In this document: one piece after another, positions 8,467 through 17,993 of the stretch
Numbering within the stretch: position 1 is the first letter of the stretch
Layout: every line of letters starts with the position of its first letter
Source of the DNA: a virus
Lineage: Duplodnaviria; Caudoviricetes
Strand: one strand, 5' to 3'
Length of the DNA stretch: 64,000 nucleotides
IMG/VR virus record: IMGVR_UViG_3300025073_000989
Notes under the pieces: generated by a model
The model's input: only the letters and a program-made list of their open reading frames with translations
Told to the model about the DNA's origin: nothing
Database searches by the model: none
Position numbers and translations under genes: made by a program

Positions 8467-8482
8467 ACTCTTTAAAGGTTAG

Positions 8483-9550
8483 TTAAATATCCAACAGGCC
8501 TTGTTGTCTATAACCTTCCTCTAGACCCAATGCCTGGATAACTGCTTTACGAACTATTAAATAAATATCATAATTGTCTCTTAAAAATTGAACAGCTTTT
8601 ACTTCCCCTTGTGCTATATTTTTTCCTTCATAAGAATACCAAGCTCCTGATTTTTCAATTATACCAAGGTCTGTAGCCAAAGTTAAACATTCCCATACAA
8701 CATCATACCCTACACCATATACTAATGGAACGGTGCAAGTTCTAAATGGCTTACTCAGTTTATTCTTTTTTATAGTAAATTTTGTTAAATGGCCTACAAT
8801 TTCTTCGGTATCAGGATTAATTATATGAGTGCTTTTTGCCTCCCCGCCCTCCACTTTGATCCTTCCAGTCGCGCTAAAATCAAGCGCAACCCCACCTGTA
8901 GTCACTTCCCCTCCCGAGTAAGATCCTATCTTACTTCTAACTTGATTGATAAATATTAAGAGGGTATTTGTTTCTCCCGCCAAAGGAATAAATTTACGCA
9001 TCGCTTTAGACATTAAGCGGGCCAAAAGACCCATAAATTGGTCTTCCATATCAGAATCTGCCTCAGATTTTGGGATCAAACTAGATACGCTATCTATAAT
9101 TGCTACATTTATCTCTCCAGTAGCCATTATTTTCTCTAAAACATCCAAATTTTCTTCTCCTGAAAAAGCTCGGACCAAAAGCAATTCGTCTATATTAACA
9201 CCCATTGCCGTAAATAATTTTGGATCGGCGGCCCTCTCCGCATCTACAAAACAACAACGTAGTCCTTGTTTCTGGGCCTGTGCGATAAGGCTCATAGTGA
9301 GTGTAGTTTTACCCCCAGATGGGGGCCCAAAAATCTCGTAACAACGCCCAAGGGCTAGTCCAGAAATCCCTAAAGCCGAATCTAATCCTAAAGACCCTGT
9401 AGATACTGTAGGAATAATAACGTCCTTCTGGTCGCCCATTGAGGTTAATACCTTTCCATACTTCTTCTCAATAGCCTTCCTAACTATGTCTAATGAATCT
9501 ACCTTCCTGTCCTTACCTTCATCTTCCTTTACTTCCTTTTTCTTCGCCAT
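8483..9550 (-). CDS. recA: RecA recombinase
   Basis: STGSLGLDSALG, EIFGPPSGGKTT, FVDAE, IIDSVSSL, FINQVR, GGVALDF. Confidence 0.97.
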   Translation of the reverse strand: MAKKKEVKEDEGKDRKVDSLDIVRKAIEKKYGKVLTSMGDQKDVIIPTVSTGSLGLDSALGISGLALGRCYEIFGPPSGGKTTLTMSLIAQAQKQGLRCCFVDAERAADPKLFTAMGVNIDELLLVRAFSGEENLDVLEKIMATGEINVAIIDSVSSLIPKSEADSDMEDQFMGLLARLMSKAMRKFIPLAGETNTLLIFINQVRSKIGSYSGGEVTTGGVALDFSATGRIKVEGGEAKSTHIINPDTEEIVGHLTKFTIKKNKLSKPFRTCTVPLVYGVGYDVVWECLTLATDLGIIEKSGAWYSYEGKNIAQGEVKAVQFLRDNYDIYLIVRKAVIQALGLEEGYRQQGLLDI

Positions 9551-10156
9551 TTAACCTTCTCCCATATTTTTTAATATATTATCAATATCAAATCCCTTTT
9601 GCCCTTCGTACTCTGCGTTTGATTTTCTTACCAAATAATCAAAATAATCGGAATTACTAAAATCACGTTCAGTATTAAGCATACCGATTGCTTTTTCTAC
9701 TACCCATGCCATATCTCCTTGAGTTAGTACTTTAAATCCAATATAAAAAACTAAATTAAAATCATTAGCATTATCTATAATAAAGTTTATAATTTCTGCA
9801 CATTGAATTAATGCTGCCTTTTTTGATATATCACCAGTACTAGATATAGCATCAATAAAATCTTTGGCTATTTTTCTATCACGACTATCGTCTCTAATGG
9901 GCACCAGTTTATCTGGGTAACGCTGTTTAAACTTTTCATAAAAAAAATCTACTAGGTCTATTTGGCTTTTTATATAATTATAATTAAATGTCATTGGAGG
10001 AATAACTTTCCACCCATATGCTTCTAATAAAAGCTTACAGTAAGGAAGTATGTATTCGAATTGATCTGATTTATTAGCATAACGTTTAGACTCTTTTATT
10101 TTATCTGTTAATAGATCTCCAACAGCAATACCATTATTTAGCTCTGCACTAGTCAT
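9551..10156 (-). CDS. Hypothetical protein
   Basis: 201 aa ORF overlapping the dnaN stop; operon packing. Confidence 0.6.
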   Translation of the reverse strand: MTSAELNNGIAVGDLLTDKIKESKRYANKSDQFEYILPYCKLLLEAYGWKVIPPMTFNYNYIKSQIDLVDFFYEKFKQRYPDKLVPIRDDSRDRKIAKDFIDAISSTGDISKKAALIQCAEIINFIIDNANDFNLVFYIGFKVLTQGDMAWVVEKAIGMLNTERDFSNSDYFDYLVRKSNAEYEGQKGFDIDNILKNMGEG

Positions 10157-11306
10157 CGTTATTACTATCTACCTCTCTTCGTTTAATATAGGTAATAAGG
10201 GATTTTTGATCCTGGTTAGTAGCAGAATCAAAAATTAACCAATTTTTATCATCAGTAAATTTAAACATTATTCTATCATCTGTTATTGCATCTAAAGTTT
10301 GTTTTAAAAAAATACCATTTATATCTACTACAAAATCACCATCAAAATTTACCACGTCTTCGTAAACATATTCCACATAATCGTTAAAAAATTTAAATTG
10401 TTTGTTGTTTATAGTTATAGTTATTCGATTATTATCATCTGACACTAAATTACCTAAAACAGACACCAAACCGGATAGCATTATTTCTTTATTTAATTCA
10501 ACTACATATTCAAATTTTTCAAACAAAGGCTTATATTCCGGATAATCTTGACCTATCACCAAAGCGCCGTAGATACAAATATTATCAAATTTAACACAAA
10601 CCGACCTTTCTTTTATTTCAAAAAACACTTGAACGTCATTCGCAATAGCACGTCTAAGTGCCATTATAAAATCATACTTAAAAACAAACTTACCCTTTTT
10701 AATAGTACTTGTATTATTAATTCTATAATCTGATAATAAAAGTCCGTCAGTACCAGCAAAATGAATACTGTCCTCATCAAAACTTAAACATAAGCCCTGT
10801 AGGTGAGTTCTTAACTCCGTATTATTTATAGCATAAACTACTTTATTTATAGCCGATTTAACTGTATCTGAGTTTAATATAAATGTAGTATCTTTAAAAG
10901 GTTTTGGTAAAACCATCATAACTGCTGGATAAGTCTCTAATGTTAAACTGCCCTTAGACTTCCTTTTGTCCTTAAAAACATTGTCTACTTTTATATTTAA
11001 TTTATTATTAACTGTTCTAAATTTAAATTCTTTTGCGCCAAACTCCTCGTTCCAAGCTACAAAAGAGCCAATAAAGTTTTTAATCTTACTAAACAAAACA
11101 GACACTTCACCACGATCTACTATCTGAACATTATCTATAACAACAGTTATAGCATTTATATCGTTATTGGCCAAAAATATTACTGAATTATCTTCGTTTG
11201 TTTTAATTAAAATCCTACCAGCAGTGTCAGTTGTATTGATTTTTGCAATAATACCTATATTTTTAACTGCCTCTTGAACTCTAGCTACATCCACAATAAA
11301 CTCCAT
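10149..11306 (-). CDS. dnaN: DNA polymerase III beta-type sliding clamp (start revised from 11390 to the SD-preceded ATG at 11306)
   Basis: ~385 aa, three-domain pattern, R..LQG, FAGTDG..L, LVIGQDYPEY, IN..FL motifs; AAGGAG SD. Confidence 0.8.
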   Translation of the reverse strand: MEFIVDVARVQEAVKNIGIIAKINTTDTAGRILIKTNEDNSVIFLANNDINAITVVIDNVQIVDRGEVSVLFSKIKNFIGSFVAWNEEFGAKEFKFRTVNNKLNIKVDNVFKDKRKSKGSLTLETYPAVMMVLPKPFKDTTFILNSDTVKSAINKVVYAINNTELRTHLQGLCLSFDEDSIHFAGTDGLLLSDYRINNTSTIKKGKFVFKYDFIMALRRAIANDVQVFFEIKERSVCVKFDNICIYGALVIGQDYPEYKPLFEKFEYVVELNKEIMLSGLVSVLGNLVSDDNNRITITINNKQFKFFNDYVEYVYEDVVNFDGDFVVDINGIFLKQTLDAITDDRIMFKFTDDKNWLIFDSATNQDQKSLITYIKRREVDSNNDD

Positions 11307-11443
11307 ATAACTCTCCTTTTCCTTTTTAAATAGTTTTTTATTGGCGGCTTTATTATAATATAAAACATAGTAATGCCTATGGCAAGACACAATAAAAAAT
11401 TTAATTAATTGTTATTATAAAATATGATATTCTATATTTTTGT

Positions 11444-11472
11444 AATATAACCATTAACAGTATATAAATCAA
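11444..11472 (-). promoter_or_regulatory. Sigma70-like promoter heading the replication cluster
   Basis: TTGATT-17 bp-TATATT on the minus strand in the AT-rich spacer upstream of dnaN. Confidence 0.6.
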
Positions 11473-11484
11473 GTGTATTTTTTA

Positions 11485-13761
11485 TTATAAAGCAGTTATT
11501 GAACCAGAAAGGTTTTTTATTTGGCTGTATATACCTAAACCCCTAACAACCGAATTTAAATTAAACATTGTTTCTGATATACCCAATACGTTAGAATATA
11601 TACTTCTTGATGTTTTATATTTGTGATTTCTAACTTTTACTACTCCACCAAGATCCTTATAACCCCCTGAAGAATTTATATAAGAACTAATATCACATCT
11701 CTGAAACATACTTACTCTATTTATCATATCTCTGATAGCTGAGTCTAAAGAGGTATATTTACTTAGATTAAATACATACTTAGTCCTAACCTTCGCCCTG
11801 TCTATGCCTAGCACTCCATCATTAATACTTTCATATCCTTGTATTCTTATAATCCAATTTTTAGACCTATCTTCCCTGTATACTTTTTTTGCCTCACCAA
11901 AATATAAATACTTATCTGCAATTTCTTGAAACCTTAGTTCTATCTGGCGCTGCCACCTTGGCTCCCCTTTAGTTAGATTAATAGCGACCTCATTTCCTAG
12001 ATAGTCTCCTATAGTACCAGAAACAAAATCGGCATTCTCTATAGCATTTATATATATTGACAGATCTACTGCTCTCATTATACCAGTTATATTTGATCCT
12101 AACAATTTAGAAGAATAGCTAAGTCCCTGACTAATTAGTAGTTTGTCGTAGGTAATTGGTAATTGTTTAAAACTATGCCCTATTTTAAGCATTCCAATAG
12201 CTTCAGTTTTACTAATTAGTAATCTTATTTTGTTTTCAACTATAAAAGAATCATTATTAATACTAGCGCCTAGATTAACTATGTTATCAAAACTACTACC
12301 AAATATGGTACTTCTTATATCCATCTTGCACTGTGCTACCAAACTTGAAATTAAATCTCTATAGCCTGTGCCAAAACAAGAGAAATTTATCATTGATACT
12401 AAATCTATATGTTCTAGTAATGAAACACTAAAAACCCTTGTTATGTAAACAATTTTAGGTATAATTATACTATTTAGATTAAACGATTGCCCCCTGGATG
12501 AAATTATGGAATTAAGGTTTACTGAAGGTATGATATACAAACTGGAAGACAAGTCAAAGTAATCAAAGGCGCCAATATAACTACTTAGGTTCTTAGTTAT
12601 TTTAATTCCTTTAAACCCACCAATTGTTGATTTTAATTCTTTTGGGAGATTAGGGAAAATGCTTGATTGAAAATCATACGGGCCATATACCCCGTCCAAA
12701 GTAGAAGAAAGATTTTTTAAATCAAACCCCTGTATAGATGTATACAAATTTACAGGAACTACTGCATTAAGTGACGCCGGAAAGTTTATTATGTATGTAC
12801 TTCTTATTATAGAACTTAGGTCTTTTGTATATTTAGGTAATATATATGCACCTAGAACAACCTCTTGCCAACCATGAATACTTATAGGAAAATCAGAATT
12901 AGTATGAATCCATCCTTTTATTTTAAAGTTTATATCTAATAATTCTATGAAATTTGTTTTTAAGTACGCTGTGATATTTGACGATAATCCTAAAAAAGTT
13001 GGTCTCAAAAACCCAGGAAAGTTTTTTTCTACACCGCACTCCCAACCTTTGATTGTTGTACCTATTAAACTATACGAACCGTTTATTTGTTTTATATATG
13101 AACTTATATTATATGTTTGTTGTATATTTTGTTTTAAATAGCTTATAAGATTTAAATAATTGTTAGTTGATAGTCCTTTAATTGTTTCATTTAAAGTAAC
13201 TTCGGCTTTGTGTATAGACGTAACAATCGAATACAAATTATAATTAGCTGAATCATACGCTTTTATTATAGACCTAAAAGAGGATGTGTTTCCTACTGAC
13301 CGGCCTTTAATTACATTTTTTAGGTTAATTGCCCCTACATCTTTTCCGCGCAAAATACTTATTAAATTTTGTTCTTCCGATATAGAAGGTTCGATATATT
13401 GACTTAGATCTAAAAAATTCGAAATAGCAAAAATATAGGCACCTAGATCTACATTTGTAGGATTACCATATACATAGATACCGATATCTCTTATACCTCC
13501 GTACTTACATGGTAATTGGATGGTCTGTATACCTAGATTATTATACCCTACAGTAATTGTTGGACAACTTTTTAAGTAAGTATAGGTGCTACTTTGGTAT
13601 AGCTGCATTACATTTATAGCAGACTGCAATGTTGAGGTTTGAGTATAAACTGGACGCAGTCCAAACAAAAAACCAACATTACTAAAATCTGGAGACGAGT
13701 ACCCAGATGATGAGAATGAAAAAGGAATATTATCTATAGGAGGAGTATCATAGGCTGACAA
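11485..13761 (-). CDS. Putative virion fibre-like protein with short quasi-repeats
   Basis: Dozens of [DN][LIF]x[SA]x[IL]x[GAP]-like octamers at ~11-16 aa spacing; last gene of the structural block. Confidence 0.5.
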   Translation of the reverse strand: MSAYDTPPIDNIPFSFSSSGYSSPDFSNVGFLFGLRPVYTQTSTLQSAINVMQLYQSSTYTYLKSCPTITVGYNNLGIQTIQLPCKYGGIRDIGIYVYGNPTNVDLGAYIFAISNFLDLSQYIEPSISEEQNLISILRGKDVGAINLKNVIKGRSVGNTSSFRSIIKAYDSANYNLYSIVTSIHKAEVTLNETIKGLSTNNYLNLISYLKQNIQQTYNISSYIKQINGSYSLIGTTIKGWECGVEKNFPGFLRPTFLGLSSNITAYLKTNFIELLDINFKIKGWIHTNSDFPISIHGWQEVVLGAYILPKYTKDLSSIIRSTYIINFPASLNAVVPVNLYTSIQGFDLKNLSSTLDGVYGPYDFQSSIFPNLPKELKSTIGGFKGIKITKNLSSYIGAFDYFDLSSSLYIIPSVNLNSIISSRGQSFNLNSIIIPKIVYITRVFSVSLLEHIDLVSMINFSCFGTGYRDLISSLVAQCKMDIRSTIFGSSFDNIVNLGASINNDSFIVENKIRLLISKTEAIGMLKIGHSFKQLPITYDKLLISQGLSYSSKLLGSNITGIMRAVDLSIYINAIENADFVSGTIGDYLGNEVAINLTKGEPRWQRQIELRFQEIADKYLYFGEAKKVYREDRSKNWIIRIQGYESINDGVLGIDRAKVRTKYVFNLSKYTSLDSAIRDMINRVSMFQRCDISSYINSSGGYKDLGGVVKVRNHKYKTSRSIYSNVLGISETMFNLNSVVRGLGIYSQIKNLSGSITAL

Positions 13762-13773
13762 TTTATAAACCTC

Positions 13774-16700
13774 TTATGGGGTTATTCTATCAAAAATCAA
13801 TGCGTTATAGTTAGAATCTGGATGTAATGCTACTATATAGTGCTCTTCATTATAATCTGTTTCTATTGAAAATATACCACTAGCTGTAGATGATATATCA
13901 GACCCAATTACCTCCCCATTACTTCTTCTATGCAGTCTTATTGGTATTCCTGAAGCTCTTACCCCCTGCTCTTCTACATAGCCCTGACATAAGAATTTAT
14001 TTACAAATTGGTAAGTAGCACTTGTATCAGAATAACCAGAACTAGTTGCTAATACATACCAACCATACGTAGTACCACTTATAGTATCCATATACACTGA
14101 CACAGGTTGCCCGCTTTCTGTTCCTGACACGGTAGACCCTATTTGAGCATTAAAGCTGTCATAAAAATAGGCATCATATACATACTCTGTGTCTGACCCT
14201 GATAATGTAACTGTTAACAACAACTGATGATTTTTACCATATACTGTAGATAAATCATCAGGTACTTGATTAGAAAAATAAAAGAATATATAATAACTAG
14301 TAAAAGTAATCAAATCATCATATACATTGTAATAGTTAGCTTTTATAAAAGCCTCTGTTCTACCTGAAGAAGATATTCTAACCTCTGCCATACTACCTTG
14401 TAATATATCAGATCCTCCATTTTCTTTTCCTATGTACACACTACCTGTTCCTGTAATATTAGTAGTACAAGCAACATTCTCTTGCACAGTGTTATCCCAA
14501 TATATCTTTAAAACCCCTGAACTTCTTACATAGGTAATATGATGCCAAATGTTATTATAATCATCAATGTCAATACCATCATTCGTATCAAAACCAGATG
14601 CCTGAAATCTAAGCTTATGCACACTGGAAAAATCTCCCGCTGAGCAGTGCCAAAAACTATCACCGGCCCCTATAAAAGAAGCCTGTGCAATTCCTGGCCA
14701 TCCAGTTATATTGGCCCAAAAATCTATAGTAAAATCACCTGTACCAAAGTCCCAAGCAGAATTATCTGCAGTAGAAATATAATCATCTGCACCATCAAAG
14801 TTTAAAGCCTTATGTACTGGTCCAGTTACTAAATCACTGCTGTCCATAGAACCGTTTGGAGTACCATGTAGTACTTTAGAAGTAGAGTCCAAGATACAAC
14901 CTGCACCATTTATCGGAGATTGGCTCATGTGATAAACTAATTTAAAATTACTGTCCCACACTCCTTTGGATGCGTTACTTCCAGTATGCCCAACCATACT
15001 ATTTTCATCTTTGTTTGCGCTATACCATAACGTTACCACAGTATCAGTTCCAGAAGAAACAGTTGGAACTCTAGTCCATAGTTGAGCTTTCTGGTTTATA
15101 TAATCCCAGTAATCTATTTCTACTGGTAAACTTGTAGTAGTACCATCTATATCAGTTGATATAGCTATTCTTCTACTATTTACAATGCTGTCATTGGAAT
15201 GGTATTTTGCGCGCGGAGGATCAAAATTACTAGTCCATCTAACAATCCCTTTTGAAATTCTAAATTCAGATAAGTAACCAGCAAGGTAATTTCCAGTATC
15301 ATAAGACGTTCCCAATTTAAATGTATATGAAGCATTATATGGTATGCTATCAGAGTCGTCTCCAGTGCCTATACTTACACCATTTATGTATATAGTAAAG
15401 GTATTAGTACTTCTAGTTATTGCCACATAATACCACACATTAGCTACTGGTGCCCAAGCAGGGCTTATAGTAATACCTGTACCGCCACTCTGGGCAGCAA
15501 ACTTTATAGTATTACTATACCAATAAATTGACCATCCGTCTACATTGGAACTACTACCAGGACCACCAGCAGATGCTATATATTGATATTTAACAGTAGT
15601 AAACCTTATCCAAAAATCTATAGTAAAATTTCCTGTATCAAAAGCATAATCAGCATTAGCTGGCATACTTATATAATCGTTTGAGCCATCAAAATAATAA
15701 CTTTGATCAAATTTTCCAACTGCACTACTTATTGCATTTCCATTTATTGTTATATCTTTATGATTAGCTAAAGTGTCTCCTTCTGGCTGTATTAATAATT
15801 TTGTAGAATAATCATTATTGTAGGCTTTAAACCCATCTGGAATAGAATAAACAAAAGAAGAATCTCCAAGAGTTATCGTTACATTTGACCCACCGTTATA
15901 TAAGGCCGCCATAGGCATAAAATCCCCAGTAATCCCAGTAAACGCTGGATTTACTGCAGTTACTGGATTACCAGAAGCTTGCCATACTCCATTCTTAGCC
16001 CACCAAATTTTTCCATTATCAAGATCCAAAGCACAACCGATTATATCTCCAGTAGTATAAGAAGCGCCATAAGCTGGATAGGTGTTATTGTTTGTTTTTT
16101 GTCCTCCAGAGGCATTATAACCATAACCATAAGCGTCTTTTCCCAACCAATCGCCTAAAGTAGCAGAAATAGTACCAATACCATTAGCACATTCAGTTAT
16201 AATAGAATTTATAGTAGTTTCCCAGTACCACTTACCTCTGTTCCTACTATTTGTGGCCCTTACACAGTGCCAAGCTGTTCCAGCAGCCCTAGTAGCCGTT
16301 AAGTACTCATTTGATAGCGATATTCCACTAGATTTATCTACTTCTGACCAAGTAAGTGCTGGGGTATAAGCTTCTTTAGCATTATAAACAATCGGCGGAG
16401 TAAAACCAGAAGTCCACCTTGCTAATCCTTTTGTAAATCTATAATCTGCCAAGTAGCCATTTATACCACCAGTCCCAGAAGGACTTTGGAACTGCCCGCC
16501 CAAGTAAAAAAGCATAGAAGCATTATAAATATTGCCAGCAGCATTTGTAGTATTTATAAGAACACCGTCTATAAAATAATACCAATCATTTAGTTTTCTA
16601 ACAAAAGCCACGTGATGCCAAACACCAGTAGTCATGTTTGACGAACCGCCAAAATTATATTGATTAAAAATACCCCATGTACTACCATTTGTAGAAGCCC

Positions 16701-17673
16701 AAACATTAAGATTACCAGAAGTGTTAAGAACCAAGCACAAGGGAGACGCGACAGCAGCCCCACCATCTTGGGCATACAAAGAGGCACCAAAACCAGCAGC
16801 GGGCAGACTTGTTAATTTGATCCAAAAATCTATAGTAAAATCATTTGATCCAAAAGTCCAAACATCGTTATCTGGGGCAGTTATATAATCGCCAGTTCCA
16901 TCAAAAGATATAACATATTTAGTACCAGAGGCTGTTGCATCATACACTATTTTTGGATTACCATTAAACGTCAATGGATGTTTATATGTTGAAATATCCC
17001 CGATTGGATGCAATAAGAGTTTGGTATACGAATCAGGAGTAGAAATATCAGCCAGCTCTGTAAAAATATCAGTAGCATCAAAACCAGTTATACCAGTACC
17101 AGAACTTAAAGTTACTGACAATGGAAAATCTGTAATATCCGCATCTATTTTTGTATGATCTATTGTTAAATTAAAATAATTATCCCAGCCAGAAGAATCA
17201 AAATTAGAATAAATTATATTTTCAAAAGCAGCATCAGCCCCCCAATTTGCCTTATTGGACTGAGAATCTAAAATTATCTCTTCGCCGGAAAAACTACCAG
17301 TACTAGATCCCTCCAAAGTCCAGGCTTTAGGACAAACGTTGTGGTTTGTAGAATATATCTTATAATAATTTACCGATTTAGCAACACCAAGATCTATTTT
17401 TATCCAAGCAGCAGCGCTTGGGTTGGTATTCCACCCCATACCGCTTACCGGAGACGATCCTATATAGCTGTCAAAAGCAAAGTATTTTCTCCAATTACTA
17501 TCACCTTCATTTGAAACACTGGCGGAAACCACATACGGAGATGGAGAACTATCACCGGTCATATTGCTAGGAGATACAAGAGTATCTCCGTCATATAGTT
17601 GAATTTGACCTATATAACTCCAACCAGTAGCATTTGCTTCTGTTATGTTTAGCCTATAATATCTAAAAGACAT
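13774..17673 (-). CDS. Modular virion/receptor-binding protein: F5/8-like, DUF2341 with inserted LamG-SPRY-LamG, LamG, C-terminal beta-sandwich
   Basis: DFTIDFW and WHHVA LamG motifs, GKWYWE...GDIIGCALDLDNGKIWWAKNG SPRY motif, VEIDYWD...LWTRVP...LWY DUF2341 motif. Confidence 0.7.
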   Translation of the reverse strand: MSFRYYRLNITEANATGWSYIGQIQLYDGDTLVSPSNMTGDSSPSPYVVSASVSNEGDSNWRKYFAFDSYIGSSPVSGMGWNTNPSAAAWIKIDLGVAKSVNYYKIYSTNHNVCPKAWTLEGSSTGSFSGEEIILDSQSNKANWGADAAFENIIYSNFDSSGWDNYFNLTIDHTKIDADITDFPLSVTLSSGTGITGFDATDIFTELADISTPDSYTKLLLHPIGDISTYKHPLTFNGNPKIVYDATASGTKYVISFDGTGDYITAPDNDVWTFGSNDFTIDFWIKLTSLPAAGFGASLYAQDGGAAVASPLCLVLNTSGNLNVWASTNGSTWGIFNQYNFGGSSNMTTGVWHHVAFVRKLNDWYYFIDGVLINTTNAAGNIYNASMLFYLGGQFQSPSGTGGINGYLADYRFTKGLARWTSGFTPPIVYNAKEAYTPALTWSEVDKSSGISLSNEYLTATRAAGTAWHCVRATNSRNRGKWYWETTINSIITECANGIGTISATLGDWLGKDAYGYGYNASGGQKTNNNTYPAYGASYTTGDIIGCALDLDNGKIWWAKNGVWQASGNPVTAVNPAFTGITGDFMPMAALYNGGSNVTITLGDSSFVYSIPDGFKAYNNDYSTKLLIQPEGDTLANHKDITINGNAISSAVGKFDQSYYFDGSNDYISMPANADYAFDTGNFTIDFWIRFTTVKYQYIASAGGPGSSSNVDGWSIYWYSNTIKFAAQSGGTGITISPAWAPVANVWYYVAITRSTNTFTIYINGVSIGTGDDSDSIPYNASYTFKLGTSYDTGNYLAGYLSEFRISKGIVRWTSNFDPPRAKYHSNDSIVNSRRIAISTDIDGTTTSLPVEIDYWDYINQKAQLWTRVPTVSSGTDTVVTLWYSANKDENSMVGHTGSNASKGVWDSNFKLVYHMSQSPINGAGCILDSTSKVLHGTPNGSMDSSDLVTGPVHKALNFDGADDYISTADNSAWDFGTGDFTIDFWANITGWPGIAQASFIGAGDSFWHCSAGDFSSVHKLRFQASGFDTNDGIDIDDYNNIWHHITYVRSSGVLKIYWDNTVQENVACTTNITGTGSVYIGKENGGSDILQGSMAEVRISSSGRTEAFIKANYYNVYDDLITFTSYYIFFYFSNQVPDDLSTVYGKNHQLLLTVTLSGSDTEYVYDAYFYDSFNAQIGSTVSGTESGQPVSVYMDTISGTTYGWYVLATSSGYSDTSATYQFVNKFLCQGYVEEQGVRASGIPIRLHRRSNGEVIGSDISSTASGIFSIETDYNEEHYIVALHPDSNYNALIFDRITP

Positions 17674-17683
17674 AACTTATCTC

Positions 17684-17974
17684 CTATACCACATTAATAT
17701 CTACAACAGCATTATTCATAAGCTTATCTCCTGAGCGGCCTGACTTGTCTTTTGAATACCAATCGTATACAGAATAGTTAGCCAAATTTATTACATTCAT
17801 TGTGTTATCATCTGCTACTACATATAAATAATAGTCATCGGACCAAATAGAATTAAAAACATCAGAATTACCGTTGAGAATATATAAATAAGTACCTAAT
17901 AACTCTTCACCAAAATTAAAATTGAATGGTGATGCTGAAATATAACCAGTATGTTCAAAGTTAAAATTATACAT
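17684..17974 (-). CDS. Small putative virion protein
   Basis: 96 aa; the FNFEHTGY...FNFNFG N-terminus resembles that of the 11485-13761 protein. Confidence 0.5.
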   Translation of the reverse strand: MYNFNFEHTGYISASPFNFNFGEELLGTYLYILNGNSDVFNSIWSDDYYLYVVADDNTMNVINLANYSVYDWYSKDKSGRSGDKLMNNAVVDINVV

Positions 17975-17993
17975 TTTTATAATTTCTCATTGA

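Noticed and set aside
11307-11390. N-terminal extension of DnaN in the ORF track (similarly 5837-5872 for tnpB and 42101-42127)
   Set aside because: Downstream starts have clear SD sequences and match family N-termini; the extensions read through promoter, IS or overlap DNA
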